Below, piece after piece: positions 53,040-64,000 of a stretch of DNA of 64,000 nucleotides. Each line of letters begins with the position of its first letter. The stretch's first letter is position 1. The stretch comes from an uncultured Gemmatimonadales bacterium. Lineage in GTDB: Bacteria; Gemmatimonadota; Gemmatimonadetes; Longimicrobiales; RSA9. The stretch covers positions 1,568,001-1,632,000 of the forward strand of contig OY970192.1 of assembly GCA_963708135.1 (NCBI GenBank). The letters are read 5' to 3'. Under the pieces are notes generated by a model. That model was not told the origin of the DNA. It was given only the letters and a program-made list of their open reading frames with translations, and did no database searches. The position numbers and the translations under genes are program-made.

Positions 53040-55794
53040 ACGGTCCGTCGGGAGCGGGCGAGGGAGCCGGGCTCGCGGACGCGTACCGCCGCGCTGCAGC
53101 GGCGGTGCTCAGCGCGCTGGCCTCGCGGCCGGATGGCCTGACGGAGGCCGAGGCGGCGGAGCGATTGGCGCGCGCGGGGCCGAACCGGCTCGAGGCGGCC
53201 GCGCCCGTGACCGCGTGGGCGGTGCTCGTCGCGCAGCTGCGCAGCATCGTCGTGCTGCTGCTGGTCGGCGCGGCCCTGGTGGCGCTGGGGCTCGGCGAGA
53301 GGGTGGAGGCGGCGGCGATCGCAGTGGTCCTCGCCATCAACACGGTCCTGGGATTCGCCACGGAGCTGCGGGCGCGCCGCGCCATGGAGGGGCTGCTGGG
53401 CCTCGAGACCCCGCGCGCGACGGTGGTACGCGAGGGGCTGGAGAGGGACATCGACGCGGCGGGCGTCGTGCCGGGCGACGTCCTCCAGCTGGAGGCGGGG
53501 GGCGGCGTGCCGGCCGACGCGCGCCTGCTCACTGCGACCGAGCTGCGCACGAACGAGGCGCCGCTCACGGGGGAGTCGCTTCCGGTGAGCAAGCGGCCGG
53601 ATGCGGACCTCGGCGCCGACGTGGCATTGGCCGACCGTACGACGATGGTCTACAAGGGCACCACCGTGGCGGCCGGCGTGGGACGGGCAGTGGTGGTGGC
53701 GACGGGGATGCGGACCGAGCTCGGGCGCATCGGCGGCCTCGTGGCATCGGTGGAGGAGCAGGCGCCGCCACTCGAGCGGAAGCTGGACGCGCTCGGCCGG
53801 CGGCTGGTATGGCTCACGCTCGGCATCGCCGGGGTGGTGACGGGGATCGGGGTGCTGCGGGGGCGGGCGCTCGGGGCGATGGTCGAGACCGGCATCGCCC
53901 TGGCGATCGCGGCGGTGCCGGAGGGGCTGCCCGCCGTGGCGACGATCGCGCTCGCGGTCGGGCTGCGGCGGATGGCGCGGCGCCGGGCGCTGGTCCGGCG
54001 GCTGCCGGCGGTGGAGGCGCTGGGCTCGACGACCGTCGTCTGCACGGACAAGACGGGGACGCTGACGGCCGGCGAGATGACCGTGACGGTGCTCTCGGTG
54101 GCCAGCGGGCGGGTAGAGGTTACGGGGGTGGGCTACGGTCCCGAGGGGCGGCTGCAGCGCGCGGGCGAGCAGCTCGATCCGGCGCGGGATGCCGGCGTGC
54201 GGGCGGCGCTGCGCACGATGCTGCTGGCCAGCCGGGCGGACGTGCGACTCGTCGAGGGGGGCTGGCGCGCGCAGGGGGACCCCACGGAGGCGGCGCTCGT
54301 GGTGCTGGCGCGGAAGGCGGGGCTGACGCGCACGACGCAACTGGCGGAGGCGCCGCAGGAGGCGGAGCTGCCGTTCTCGAGCGAGCGCCGGCTGCTGGCG
54401 TCCTTCCACCGGGAGGGTGAGCGGCTGGTGGCGCACGTGAAGGGGGCTCCCGGCGCGGTGCTCGGGCGCTGCGACCGCTGGCTCGCGGAAGAGGGCGAGC
54501 GGCCGCTCGAGGAGGGGAGGCGCCGACTCCTCAAGGAGGAGAACGACCGCCTGGCGGCGGAGGGCCTGCGCGTGCTCGGCCTGGCCTCGGGGGCGGTGCA
54601 GGAGGCCTCGGAGACGGGGCTGCGCGGCCTGGTGTTCGTCGGTCTCGTCGGTCTCGTGGATCCGCCCGCGCCGGGCGTCCGCGAGACGATCGGGAAGCTG
54701 CGCACGGCGGGCATCCGCACGGTCATGGTCACGGGCGACCAGCGCGGCACGGCTGAGGCGATCGCGCGCGACCTCGGGATGCTCGGCCCGGCGGATGAGA
54801 CGCTGGACGGGCGCGAGCTGCTCCGGCTGGGCGAGGGCGAGCTGCGCGAGCGGGTGGCGCGCGTGGGCGCCTTCAGCCGGGTCACGGCGGAGGACAAGCT
54901 GGCGATCGTGGAGGCGCTCCAGGGGCGGGGCGAGGTGGTGGCGATGCTGGGCGACGGCGTGAACGACGCGGCCGCGCTCAAGCGGGCGGACGTCGGAGTC
55001 GCCATGGGCGGGCGGGGCACGGACGTGGCCCGGGAAGTGGCGTCGGTCGTGCTGCAGGACGACCGCTTCCCCACGATCGCGGCGGCGGTCGAGGAAGGGC
55101 GGGTCATCTATGACAACATCCGCAAGTTCCTCTTCTACCTATTCAGCTGCAACCTCGCCGAGGTGCTGGTGCTGTTCGCGGCGGCGCTGGCGTCGCTGCC
55201 GCTGCCGCTGCGGCCGCTCCAGATCCTGTGGCTGAACCTGGTGACGGACACCTTCCCCGCCCTGGCCCTCGCCCTCGAGCCGCGTGAGCCAGGCGTGATG
55301 CAGCGGCCTCCACGCGACCCGGCGCGCGGCCTGCTCTCGGGGGCCTTCATCCGGCGCATCCTCCTCTTCTCGGCGCTCATCACGGCCGGCACGCTGGCCG
55401 CGTTCGGGTGGGGGCTGGCCGAGTCGGGGGGGACGCGAACGAGGCGGTGACGCTCAGCTTCATGACGCTCGCGCTCGCGCAGCTCTTCCATCTCGGCAAC
55501 GCCCGCAGCCGGCTGCCGGTGCTGAGGCCGCAGCGCGTGCTGGCCAATCCGTACGCGCTGGCCGCGCTCGCGCTCGTCCTCGTGCTCCAGGTGCTGACGG
55601 TGTCGTGGGCGCCGCTGCGCGGGCTCTTGCGGCTGGCGCCGATGAACGGCACGGAATGGGGCGTCGTGCTCCTGCTCTCGCTCGTGCCCGCGGTGGCGGG
55701 ACAGCTGCTGTCCTGGCTTCGGGCGCGCCGGCCCCAGCGGAGACAGGCCGAGGGCGGGAGCGACGAGGCGCCGGCCGCCGGCGCCCGGCGCTGA
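53036..55794 (+). pseudogene. P-type cation ATPase (type IIA Ca2+-like), frameshifted at G7 run 55426-55432 (real or assembly error)
   Basis: TGES, PEGLP, DKTGTLT and GDGVND in 53036-55450. The last TM helices (AVTLSFMTLALAQLFHLGNARS...) are in another frame ending at 55794. Confidence 0.85.
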
Positions 55795-55951
55795 GCCTCA
55801 GAGCACCCTTCCCCGCCGCGCCGCCAGGCCGCATCTTGGCGGCGCCCCCATCGAAACGCCGCCCGCCGGCGGCCCACGAACGCGTTCGGGCGCCGTGCGC
55901 CCGGACCTCCCGACCACGCCGCCCCCGGGCGGCCCTCAGGCGAGGAGGACC

Positions 55952-56797
55952 ATGGCCTCATCCGCCTCCAACCGGACGCAGGTCGCCACGTACCTCGGGA
56001 TCGTGCTGGGCACGAGCGCGATCTTCTGGTGGCTCATCATCTCGGGAGGCAGCCTGGCGGGACACGGCGGCCTGTACGTGCTCGGGCTCATGTGGTGCCC
56101 GGGCGTGGCCGGGCTGACCACCCGGCTGGCGTACCAGGGCAACCTGAAGGGCCATGGCTGGGGCTGGGGCGGGACGCGCTGGCAGCTGCTGGCCTACGCG
56201 CTGCCGATCGCCTACGCCGCGGCCGTCTACGGGATCGTCTGGCTGACCGGCACCGGCGCGCTGGACCTCTCCCGGTTCGGCACGCCGTGGCTGCGCTTCA
56301 TCTTCGTCGGCTCGGCGCTGAGCTGCACGTCCGCGCTGGGCGAGGAGCTCGGCTGGCGCGGCTTCCTGGTGCCGAAGCTGGCCGAGATGACCACCTTCAC
56401 CCGGACGGCGCTGCTCAGCGGCGCGATCTGGACGCTGTGGCACGTGCCGCTGATCCTCTTCGCCGACTACAACGGCGGCACTCCCGGCTGGTACTCGGTG
56501 GCGTGCTTCGCCGTGATGGTGGTCGGGATCAGCTTCGCCTTCGCGTGGCTGCGGCTCCGCTCCGGCAGCGTCTGGACCGGGATGCTCATGCACGCGAGCC
56601 ACAACCTGTGGATCCAGGGCTTCTTCGACCGGGTCACCGTGGACACCGGGCCGACGAAGTGGCTGATCGGGGAGTTCGGCGCCGGACTCGCCTTGGCGGC
56701 CGTCGTCGTGGCGCTCGTGTTCTGGCGGTTGCGGGACCGGCTGCCCGGCAGGGCGGCGGCGGCGCCGCGCGCCGAGGCCGAGCCGCAGCCGGCCTGA
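55952..56797 (+). CDS. CPBP/Abi-family intramembrane metalloprotease
   Basis: GEELGWRG, WTLWH and HASHN. GAGGAGGA SD. Confidence 0.92.
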   Translation: MASSASNRTQVATYLGIVLGTSAIFWWLIISGGSLAGHGGLYVLGLMWCPGVAGLTTRLAYQGNLKGHGWGWGGTRWQLLAYALPIAYAAAVYGIVWLTGTGALDLSRFGTPWLRFIFVGSALSCTSALGEELGWRGFLVPKLAEMTTFTRTALLSGAIWTLWHVPLILFADYNGGTPGWYSVACFAVMVVGISFAFAWLRLRSGSVWTGMLMHASHNLWIQGFFDRVTVDTGPTKWLIGEFGAGLALAAVVVALVFWRLRDRLPGRAAAAPRAEAEPQPA

Positions 56798-56869
56798 GCG
56801 GCCCGGCGGCGGCCGCAGGCGACGCACGGACCGGAGCGGAGGTCGCCGCGCGCCCGGCGCATCCGCGGC

Positions 56870-58288
56870 TCAGCCGGCCGGCCGCCGCCGCCAGAAGAGG
56901 AACACCGGGACGCCCGCGCCGATGAGCACGGCGCCGATCAGCGCGTTGGCGGGGTTCGACCAGACGGAGCTCGCCACGACGTAGGCGGCGGCGGCCACGA
57001 AGACGGCGGGGATCCAGGGGTAGCCGAAGGTACGGAAGCCAGGGGTCTGCGACCCTCCGCTCCGGGCTCGGTCCGCCTCGCGGCGGCGGTAGACGAAGAG
57101 CGTGGAGACCACGAGGCCGAAGAAGATCCAGTCGCCGAAGACGACGTAGTCGAGGAGCTGCCCGTACGTGCCGCTCAGCAGCAGCGCGATCGACCACGCC
57201 GCCTGGAAGAGGAGCGCGCCGGCGGGGGTGCGGTAGCGGGGGTGCAGGCGGGCGGCCCAGCGGAAGAAGAGGCCGTCGCCGGCCATGGCCTGGTAGACGC
57301 GCGGCGAGACCAGGATCACCAGGTTCAGGAAACCGAAGGCGGACGCGACGATGCCCCACCCGATGAGCGTCCCGCCCGTCGCGCCCAGCGTGGCGCGCAT
57401 GGTCTCGGACGCCGGCGCGAGGCTCGCGGCGAGGCGGGGCGCGCCGAGCGTGGTCAGGTAGGCGACGTTGGCGAGCACGTAGACGCTCACCACGATGACC
57501 ACGCCGAGCAAGAGCGCGCGCGGCAGGTTGCGGCGCGGCTCCACGATCTCCTCGGCCACGAAGTTGGCCTGTTGCCAACCGCCATAGCTGAAGAGGACGG
57601 GGATCAGCGCCGCGCCGAAGGCGGCGATGAGGCCCACGCCGGCCGCCGGCGGGCGGGCCGGAGCCGCGGCGCGGGCGGACGTCGCGCTCGCGGGAAGGCC
57701 GGCGGCGACGTGCGCGCCGCCGAGCAGCGCCCCGGCCGCGAAGGCGGAGAGGATCAGCGCGGCGAGTGCCACCAGCTTCAGGATGGTCAGGACGTTCTGC
57801 GTGGTCGCGCCGGGCCGCACGCCCACGTAGTTCACGGCCGTGAGCACCAGGATCGCGGCAATGGCGAGCGGGTCCACGGCCGCGGCGCCGAGATGGAGCG
57901 CGTCGGCCGCATAGCGGGCGAAGGTCACGGCCACGGCGGCGATGGCGCCGGTGGCGATGACGAGCAGGAGCGTCCAGCCGTAGAGGAAGCCGGGGAGCGG
58001 GCCGAAGGCGTCGCGCAGGTAGACGTAGCCGCCGCCGGCGGCGGGGCGGCGGGCGCCGAGCTCGGCGAAGCAGAGCGCGCCGATGAGGGCGATGACGCCG
58101 CCGGCGATCCAGGCACCGAGGATCCAGGCGGGCGTGGGGAGGCGCTGCGCGACGATGGCGGGGTTCAGGAAGATGCCGGCGCCGATGATGCCACCCACGA
58201 CGATCATCGTGCCGTCGAAGAGGCCGAGCCGGCGGGCGTAGCCGGTGTCGCAGGGGGCGTCGGACTCCGTGGCGCGGGCGCTACTCAT
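56870..58288 (-). CDS. APC-family amino acid permease
   Basis: GGIIGAGIF, AELG, GGGYVYL and FSYGGW, with multiple TM segments. Confidence 0.92.
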   Translation of the reverse strand: MSSARATESDAPCDTGYARRLGLFDGTMIVVGGIIGAGIFLNPAIVAQRLPTPAWILGAWIAGGVIALIGALCFAELGARRPAAGGGYVYLRDAFGPLPGFLYGWTLLLVIATGAIAAVAVTFARYAADALHLGAAAVDPLAIAAILVLTAVNYVGVRPGATTQNVLTILKLVALAALILSAFAAGALLGGAHVAAGLPASATSARAAAPARPPAAGVGLIAAFGAALIPVLFSYGGWQQANFVAEEIVEPRRNLPRALLLGVVIVVSVYVLANVAYLTTLGAPRLAASLAPASETMRATLGATGGTLIGWGIVASAFGFLNLVILVSPRVYQAMAGDGLFFRWAARLHPRYRTPAGALLFQAAWSIALLLSGTYGQLLDYVVFGDWIFFGLVVSTLFVYRRREADRARSGGSQTPGFRTFGYPWIPAVFVAAAAYVVASSVWSNPANALIGAVLIGAGVPVFLFWRRRPAG

Positions 58289-60804
58289 TCCAGGCGATGC
58301 GCGGGCATTCCGTGGGCACAATCGCCTCGGAATGCGCGGGAACGACGCGGGCGGTAAAGTCGCGCGCGGGTCGCGAGGCGGGGAGCGTCGCCTGATAGAC
58401 GGCGCCGTGGACGGCGCCGGGCAGGGCGCCGGCGTGGGTCAGCGGGACGCGCTGTGCGGGGTGCTCGCCGGCGGCGTCGGCGTAGAGCTCGACGGCCACG
58501 TCGTCGGGACGGATGTCGCCGAGGTAGACCTGGGCGGTGAAGCACCAGTGGCCGTCGCGCTCGGCGGCGCCGACGTTGCCGAAACGGATCTCGTGCCAGT
58601 CGCGCTCGAGGCGGTTCTCCCACTCGCGCAGCTCGGCCACACGGGCGGCGCCATCGGCCTGGCGCCGGCGGATGGCCGCGGCGGCGGGCAGATAGAGGCG
58701 CTCGGTGTACTCGCGCACCATCCGGTTGGCGCTGAACTGGGGGGCGAGGACGGCCATGCTGACGCGCATGCGCTCGACCCAGGGGCGGGGCAGGCCGTCG
58801 TCACCGCGGGTGTAGAACTCGGGGACGACGGAGCTCTCCAGGATGTGGTAGAGCTGCTCGGCCTCCAGGGCGTCCACGTCGGGGCCGGTGCCCGCGAGGG
58901 AGGCGCCGAGAGCCCAGCCGGCATCGGGGCGGAATGCCTCCGCCCACCAGCCATCCAGCTCCGAGACGTTGAGGCCGCCGTTCACGAGCACCTTCATCCC
59001 GCTCGTGCCGCTGGCCTCGAGGGGGCGGCGCGGCGTGTTGATCCGAGATGTCGACGCCGCGCACGAGCTCCTGCGCCATGCGCATGTCGTAGTCCTCCAG
59101 GAAGACCACGTGGCCGCGCACGCGCGGGTCGCGCGAGAACTCGACCCACTCCCCCACCATCGAGCGGCCCAGCGGGTCGGCCGGGTGGGCCTTGCCGGCC
59201 ACCACGATCTGCACGGGACGGTGGGGATCGGAAAGCAGGCGGGCGAAGCGGTCGCGGTCGCGCAGCAGCATGGTCGGGCGCTTGTACTCGGTGATGCGGC
59301 GGGCGAAGCCGAGCGTCAGGGCGTTCACGTCGAAGACGTGGCGGGCCGCCTCGATGCGCTCGCGGGGGACGCCGTGGTAGCCGAGCTGGCGGGCCAGCCG
59401 GCGCCGCACGTACTCGACCAGCGCCCGCCGCGACTCCGCACGCAGCGCCCAGAGCGCCTCGGCATCGACCTCGGAGAGCGCCTCGATGACGCCCGCCAGC
59501 GTGCCGCGCCAGCGCTCCTTGCCCGCGGCCTTCTCCCAGAGCCGATCCGCGGCCGGCGAGTCCCACGTGGGGACGTGCACGCCGTTCGTCACGTACGTCA
59601 CGGGCACCTCCCGCTCCGGCCAGCGCGGGAAGAGGCCCTGGAAGAGGCGGCGGCTGACGGCCCCGTGCAGCCGGCTCACGCCGTTCGCGGCGCCCGAGCC
59701 GCGCAGCGCGAGATAGGCCATGTTGAAGGACTCTTCGCGGTCGGTCGGATCCTTCCGTCCGAGCGCCAGGAACTCCTGGACGCGCAACCCCAGCCCGGCC
59801 ACGTAGTCGCGCAGCACGGGCTCGTAGCGATGGATCAGGTCCGTGCCGTACACGTCCATCCCGGCCGGCAGCGGTGTGTGGGTCGTGAAGATGTTGCCGG
59901 GGCGGGTGGCCCAGAGCGCGTCGCGGAAGTCGCCGCCGTTCCTGCGCATGTAGCCGCGCGCGCGCTCGACCAGCGCGAAGGCCGCGTGGCCCTCGTTCAG
60001 GTGGAGCACCTCCGGGTCGCGGCCGAGCGCCTCGAGCGCGCGCCAGCCGCCCACGCCGAGCACGATCTCCTGCAGGATGCGCATCTCCTGGCTGCCGCCG
60101 TAGAGCGTGCCCGTGATGCCGCGGTCGGCCGGGCTGTTGGCCGGGTCGTTGGTGTCGAGCAGGATCAGCTCGACGCGGCCGACCTGCGCGCGCCAGAGGC
60201 GGATCTGGAGGATGCGGCCGGGCAGGATGAGGGGGACGTGGAGCCAGCCGCCCTCCGGCCCGAGCACCGGCTGGACGGGCAGCCCCGACGGGTCGTTGAA
60301 CGGGTAGGCCTCGCCCTGCTCGCCCTCCGGCCCGAGGACCTGCCGGAAGTAGCCCTGATGGTAGAGCAGGCCCACGCCCGTGAGGGGGACGCCCAGGTCG
60401 CTGGACGCCTTCAGGTGGTCTCCGGCCAGCACGCCCAGGCCACCGGCGTACAGCGGCAGCGCCTCGCCCAACCCGAACTCCATCGAGAAGTAGGCGACGC
60501 CGCCCAACTCGCCCGCGTGCGTGCGCCCGAACCAGCCGGGGTCCGCCAGGTGCGCCCGCCGCTCGTCATCGAGCCGGCGGAGCTCCTCCATCCATTCCGG
60601 GTCGCCGGCCATCTCCTCCAGCCGGCGCCGGTCGATCTCCTGGACCAGGACCCAGGGGTTCTCGAGCTGCTCCCAAGCGCGCGGCTCCAGCTGCCGCCAG
60701 AGCGGGTCCGCGGCGTGGCTCCAGGTCCAGCGTAGATCGAGCGCCAGCGCCGCCAGAGGCCGAAGCGCCTCGGGTAGCTCCAGCGGGATGTACGACCCGT
60801 ACAT
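58281..60804 (-). pseudogene. glgP: Alpha-glucan phosphorylase, split by a 1-nt insertion at ~59045 (real or assembly error)
   Basis: YFSMEFG..YAGGLGVLAGD, HLNEGH and GKAHP upstream. The PLP motif EASGTSGMK and LDGWW are in the next frame. Confidence 0.88.
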
Positions 60805-60955
60805 GGCTCCCTTTCGAGTGGGTCTCGCGGCGCGGCGCGGCTCTGCTCCGGGCTGGTCGGCCGCGCGGAATCCGGTAGTCTCGCGGTGGCCCCCGATCGA
60901 TGCAAGCGCTACACCGCCTCTTGACGCGGTCGGGCGCGCCCGCTCGATTCCCCCG

Positions 60956-61986
60956 ATGCCTCCACCCTCCCATCGCCGCCGGAACGCCCTCACAGGCGAG
61001 TGGGTCCTCGTCTCGCCGCAGCGGCTGGAGCGGCCGTGGCGGGGACGCATCGAGGCGACGGCCGCGGAGGGCGCCCCCAGCTACGATCCGGCCTGCCCGC
61101 TCTGTCCCGGCAACCGCCGCGCGAGCGGCGCCGTGAACCCCGCCTACACCGGCACCTACGCCTTCGACAACGACTTCCCCGCCCTCCTGGCCGAGACGGA
61201 CGGCGCACCCCCCGACGCGGATTCGGAGCTGCTCCGAGCGGTCCCGGAGTCGGGCGTCTGCCGCGTGCTCTGCTTCTCCCCGCGCCACGACCTCACCCTC
61301 GCGGGAATGACGCACGCGGAGCGACGGGCGGTGGTCGAGCTGTGGGTGGAGGAGACGCGGAGCCTGGGGGCGCGCCCCGGCATCGACGCGGTCCAGATCT
61401 TCGAGAACCGCGGCGCGCTGATGGGGTGCAGCGATCCGCACCCGCACGGGCAGGTGTGGGCGCAACGCACGGTGCCGGTCGAGCCGGCGCGCGAGGGACG
61501 GCGCCTGGGCGAGCACTATGCCGCCCACGGAAGGACCCTGCTGGAGGACTACCTGGCGGTGGAGCGGGGACGCGCGGAGCGGATCCTCCTGGAGAACGAC
61601 CGCTTCACCGCGCTCGTGCCCTTCTGGGCCGCGTGGCCGTTCGAGACGCTCGTGGTGCCGCGGCGGCCGGCGCCGGAGCTGACCGGCCTCGGCCCCGACG
61701 AGCGCGACGCGCTGGCCGACGTGCTCGGGCGGCTGACCGCCTGCTACGACGCCCTGTTCGCGACATCGTTCCCCTACTCGGCGGGCGTGCACCAGGCGCC
61801 CACCGACGGTCGGCCGCACCCCGAGTGGCACCTCCACCTCCACTTCCTGCCCCCCCTCCTGCGCTCGGCAACGGTGCGAAAATTCATGGTAGGTTACGAG
61901 ATGCTGGCGGAGCCCCAGCGCGATCTCACGCCCGAGACCGCCGCCGCCCGGCTGCGCGAGGCCGCGGACGCCGCGGGGGTGCGCAC

Positions 61987-61990
<4 letters not shown>
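60956..61990 (+). CDS. galT: Galactose-1-phosphate uridylyltransferase
   Basis: [39 protein letters not shown] and KFMVGYE. Confidence 0.95.
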
Positions 61991-63261
<1,271 letters not shown>

Positions 63262-63344
63262 CCCGGGCCCGGAACCGCAGCGTGCCCGACACACGCAAGT
63301 ACGGGCCTGGAGTGGGGTTGGGATTCGTCGCTTGAAGCTATGTC

Positions 63345-63998
63345 TCAACCGCCTCCCGGCGCGCCGGAGGACGAGGCCGGATGCGACACCGGGTCGGGCT
63401 CGGCCAGCAGCCGGTCCACCGCCTCGGCCAGCGCTGGCTCCGCGAACATGCCGCGGATCACGTAGCGCACCGTGCCGGCGCGGTCGATCAGGTAGGAGGT
63501 GGGAAGCGCGCTCGGCTCCACGATGCCGCGCAGCCGCGCGGCCGAAGCCATCCCTACCGGGTAGGTGATGCCGTGCTGCTCCACGTAGCGGCGAACATCA
63601 CCGCTCGCCCCGACATCCGCCGCGAGGCCCAGGACCGTGAACCCACGGTCCCGCTTGTCCCGGTATACGCGCTCGAACCCCGGCATCTCGAAACGGCACG
63701 GCGGGCACCACGTGGCCCAGAAGTTCACCAGCACGACCCGGCCCCGCAGCGACGCGAGCGTCACCTGCCCATCAGACAACGTGTTCACGGCTACCCAGGT
63801 CGAGCCGTCCGCCGGCGGCGGCCGGAGCGCCCCCGCCTCGTGGGCGATACCGGTCGCCGCGGCCACCTGCGGCCACAGGCGCGTGCCCACGAAGCCGAGC
63901 AGGAGGGCCCAGAACGCCAGCTCAGCGCCGCGCCGGAGCGCCCTCGAGCGACGCTCCCGCCGATCCCGCGCCTCGCGCCGCGAACGCCGGCCGCTCAC
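63345..63998 (-). CDS. TlpA-family thiol-disulfide oxidoreductase
   Basis: N-terminal TM, VLVNFWATWCPPC and LPTSYLIDR. Start at the window edge. Confidence 0.9.
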   Translation of the reverse strand: MSGRRSRREARDRRERRSRALRRGAELAFWALLLGFVGTRLWPQVAAATGIAHEAGALRPPPADGSTWVAVNTLSDGQVTLASLRGRVVLVNFWATWCPPCRFEMPGFERVYRDKRDRGFTVLGLAADVGASGDVRRYVEQHGITYPVGMASAARLRGIVEPSALPTSYLIDRAGTVRYVIRGMFAEPALAEAVDRLLAEPDPVSHPASSSGAPGGG

Positions 63999-64000
63999 GC

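Overview
GC-rich bacterial chromosome segment, mostly core genome. The gene set and order (lpxC-fabZ fusion, mcsA-mcsB-clpC fused into the bamA-skp-lpx run, PorV-like barrel) suggest Gemmatimonadota or another FCB-group diderm. That is an inference, and the full-length 16S here can settle it. 1-23.6 kb (minus strand) is an envelope and housekeeping run: era, Trm112-like, PorV-like, rnr, GGDEF plus zinc-ribbon pair, prfB with its programmed frameshift, lysS, lolCE-lolD, mcsA-mcsB-clpC, bamA, skp, lpxD, lpxC/fabZ, lpxA, a GnnA-like dehydrogenase, an unannotated membrane microprotein and lpxB. 23.8-29.4 kb holds a complete 16S-23S-5S operon with a tRNA-free spacer, preceded by four tRNAs. 29.7-47.1 kb holds rdgB, rph, rfaE2, hemC, deoC/ALDH, lpxH, murI and recX, plus an uncharacterised four-gene envelope block: HEAT-cyclophilin, HExxH/PD40/Omp85 protein, LolB-like lipoprotein and LptE. 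47.3-64 kb is an accessory-looking carbohydrate and ion block: CDF, HAD, gnd, zwf, TreT-like, P-type ATPase, CPBP, APC permease, glgP, galT, galK and a TlpA. It contains two single-base frameshifts. I found no CRISPR array, integrase or transposase. The best candidates for something undescribed are the four-gene envelope block, the lpxB-coupled microprotein, and the GGDEF plus zinc-ribbon pair. All product calls come from motif recognition, not database searches.
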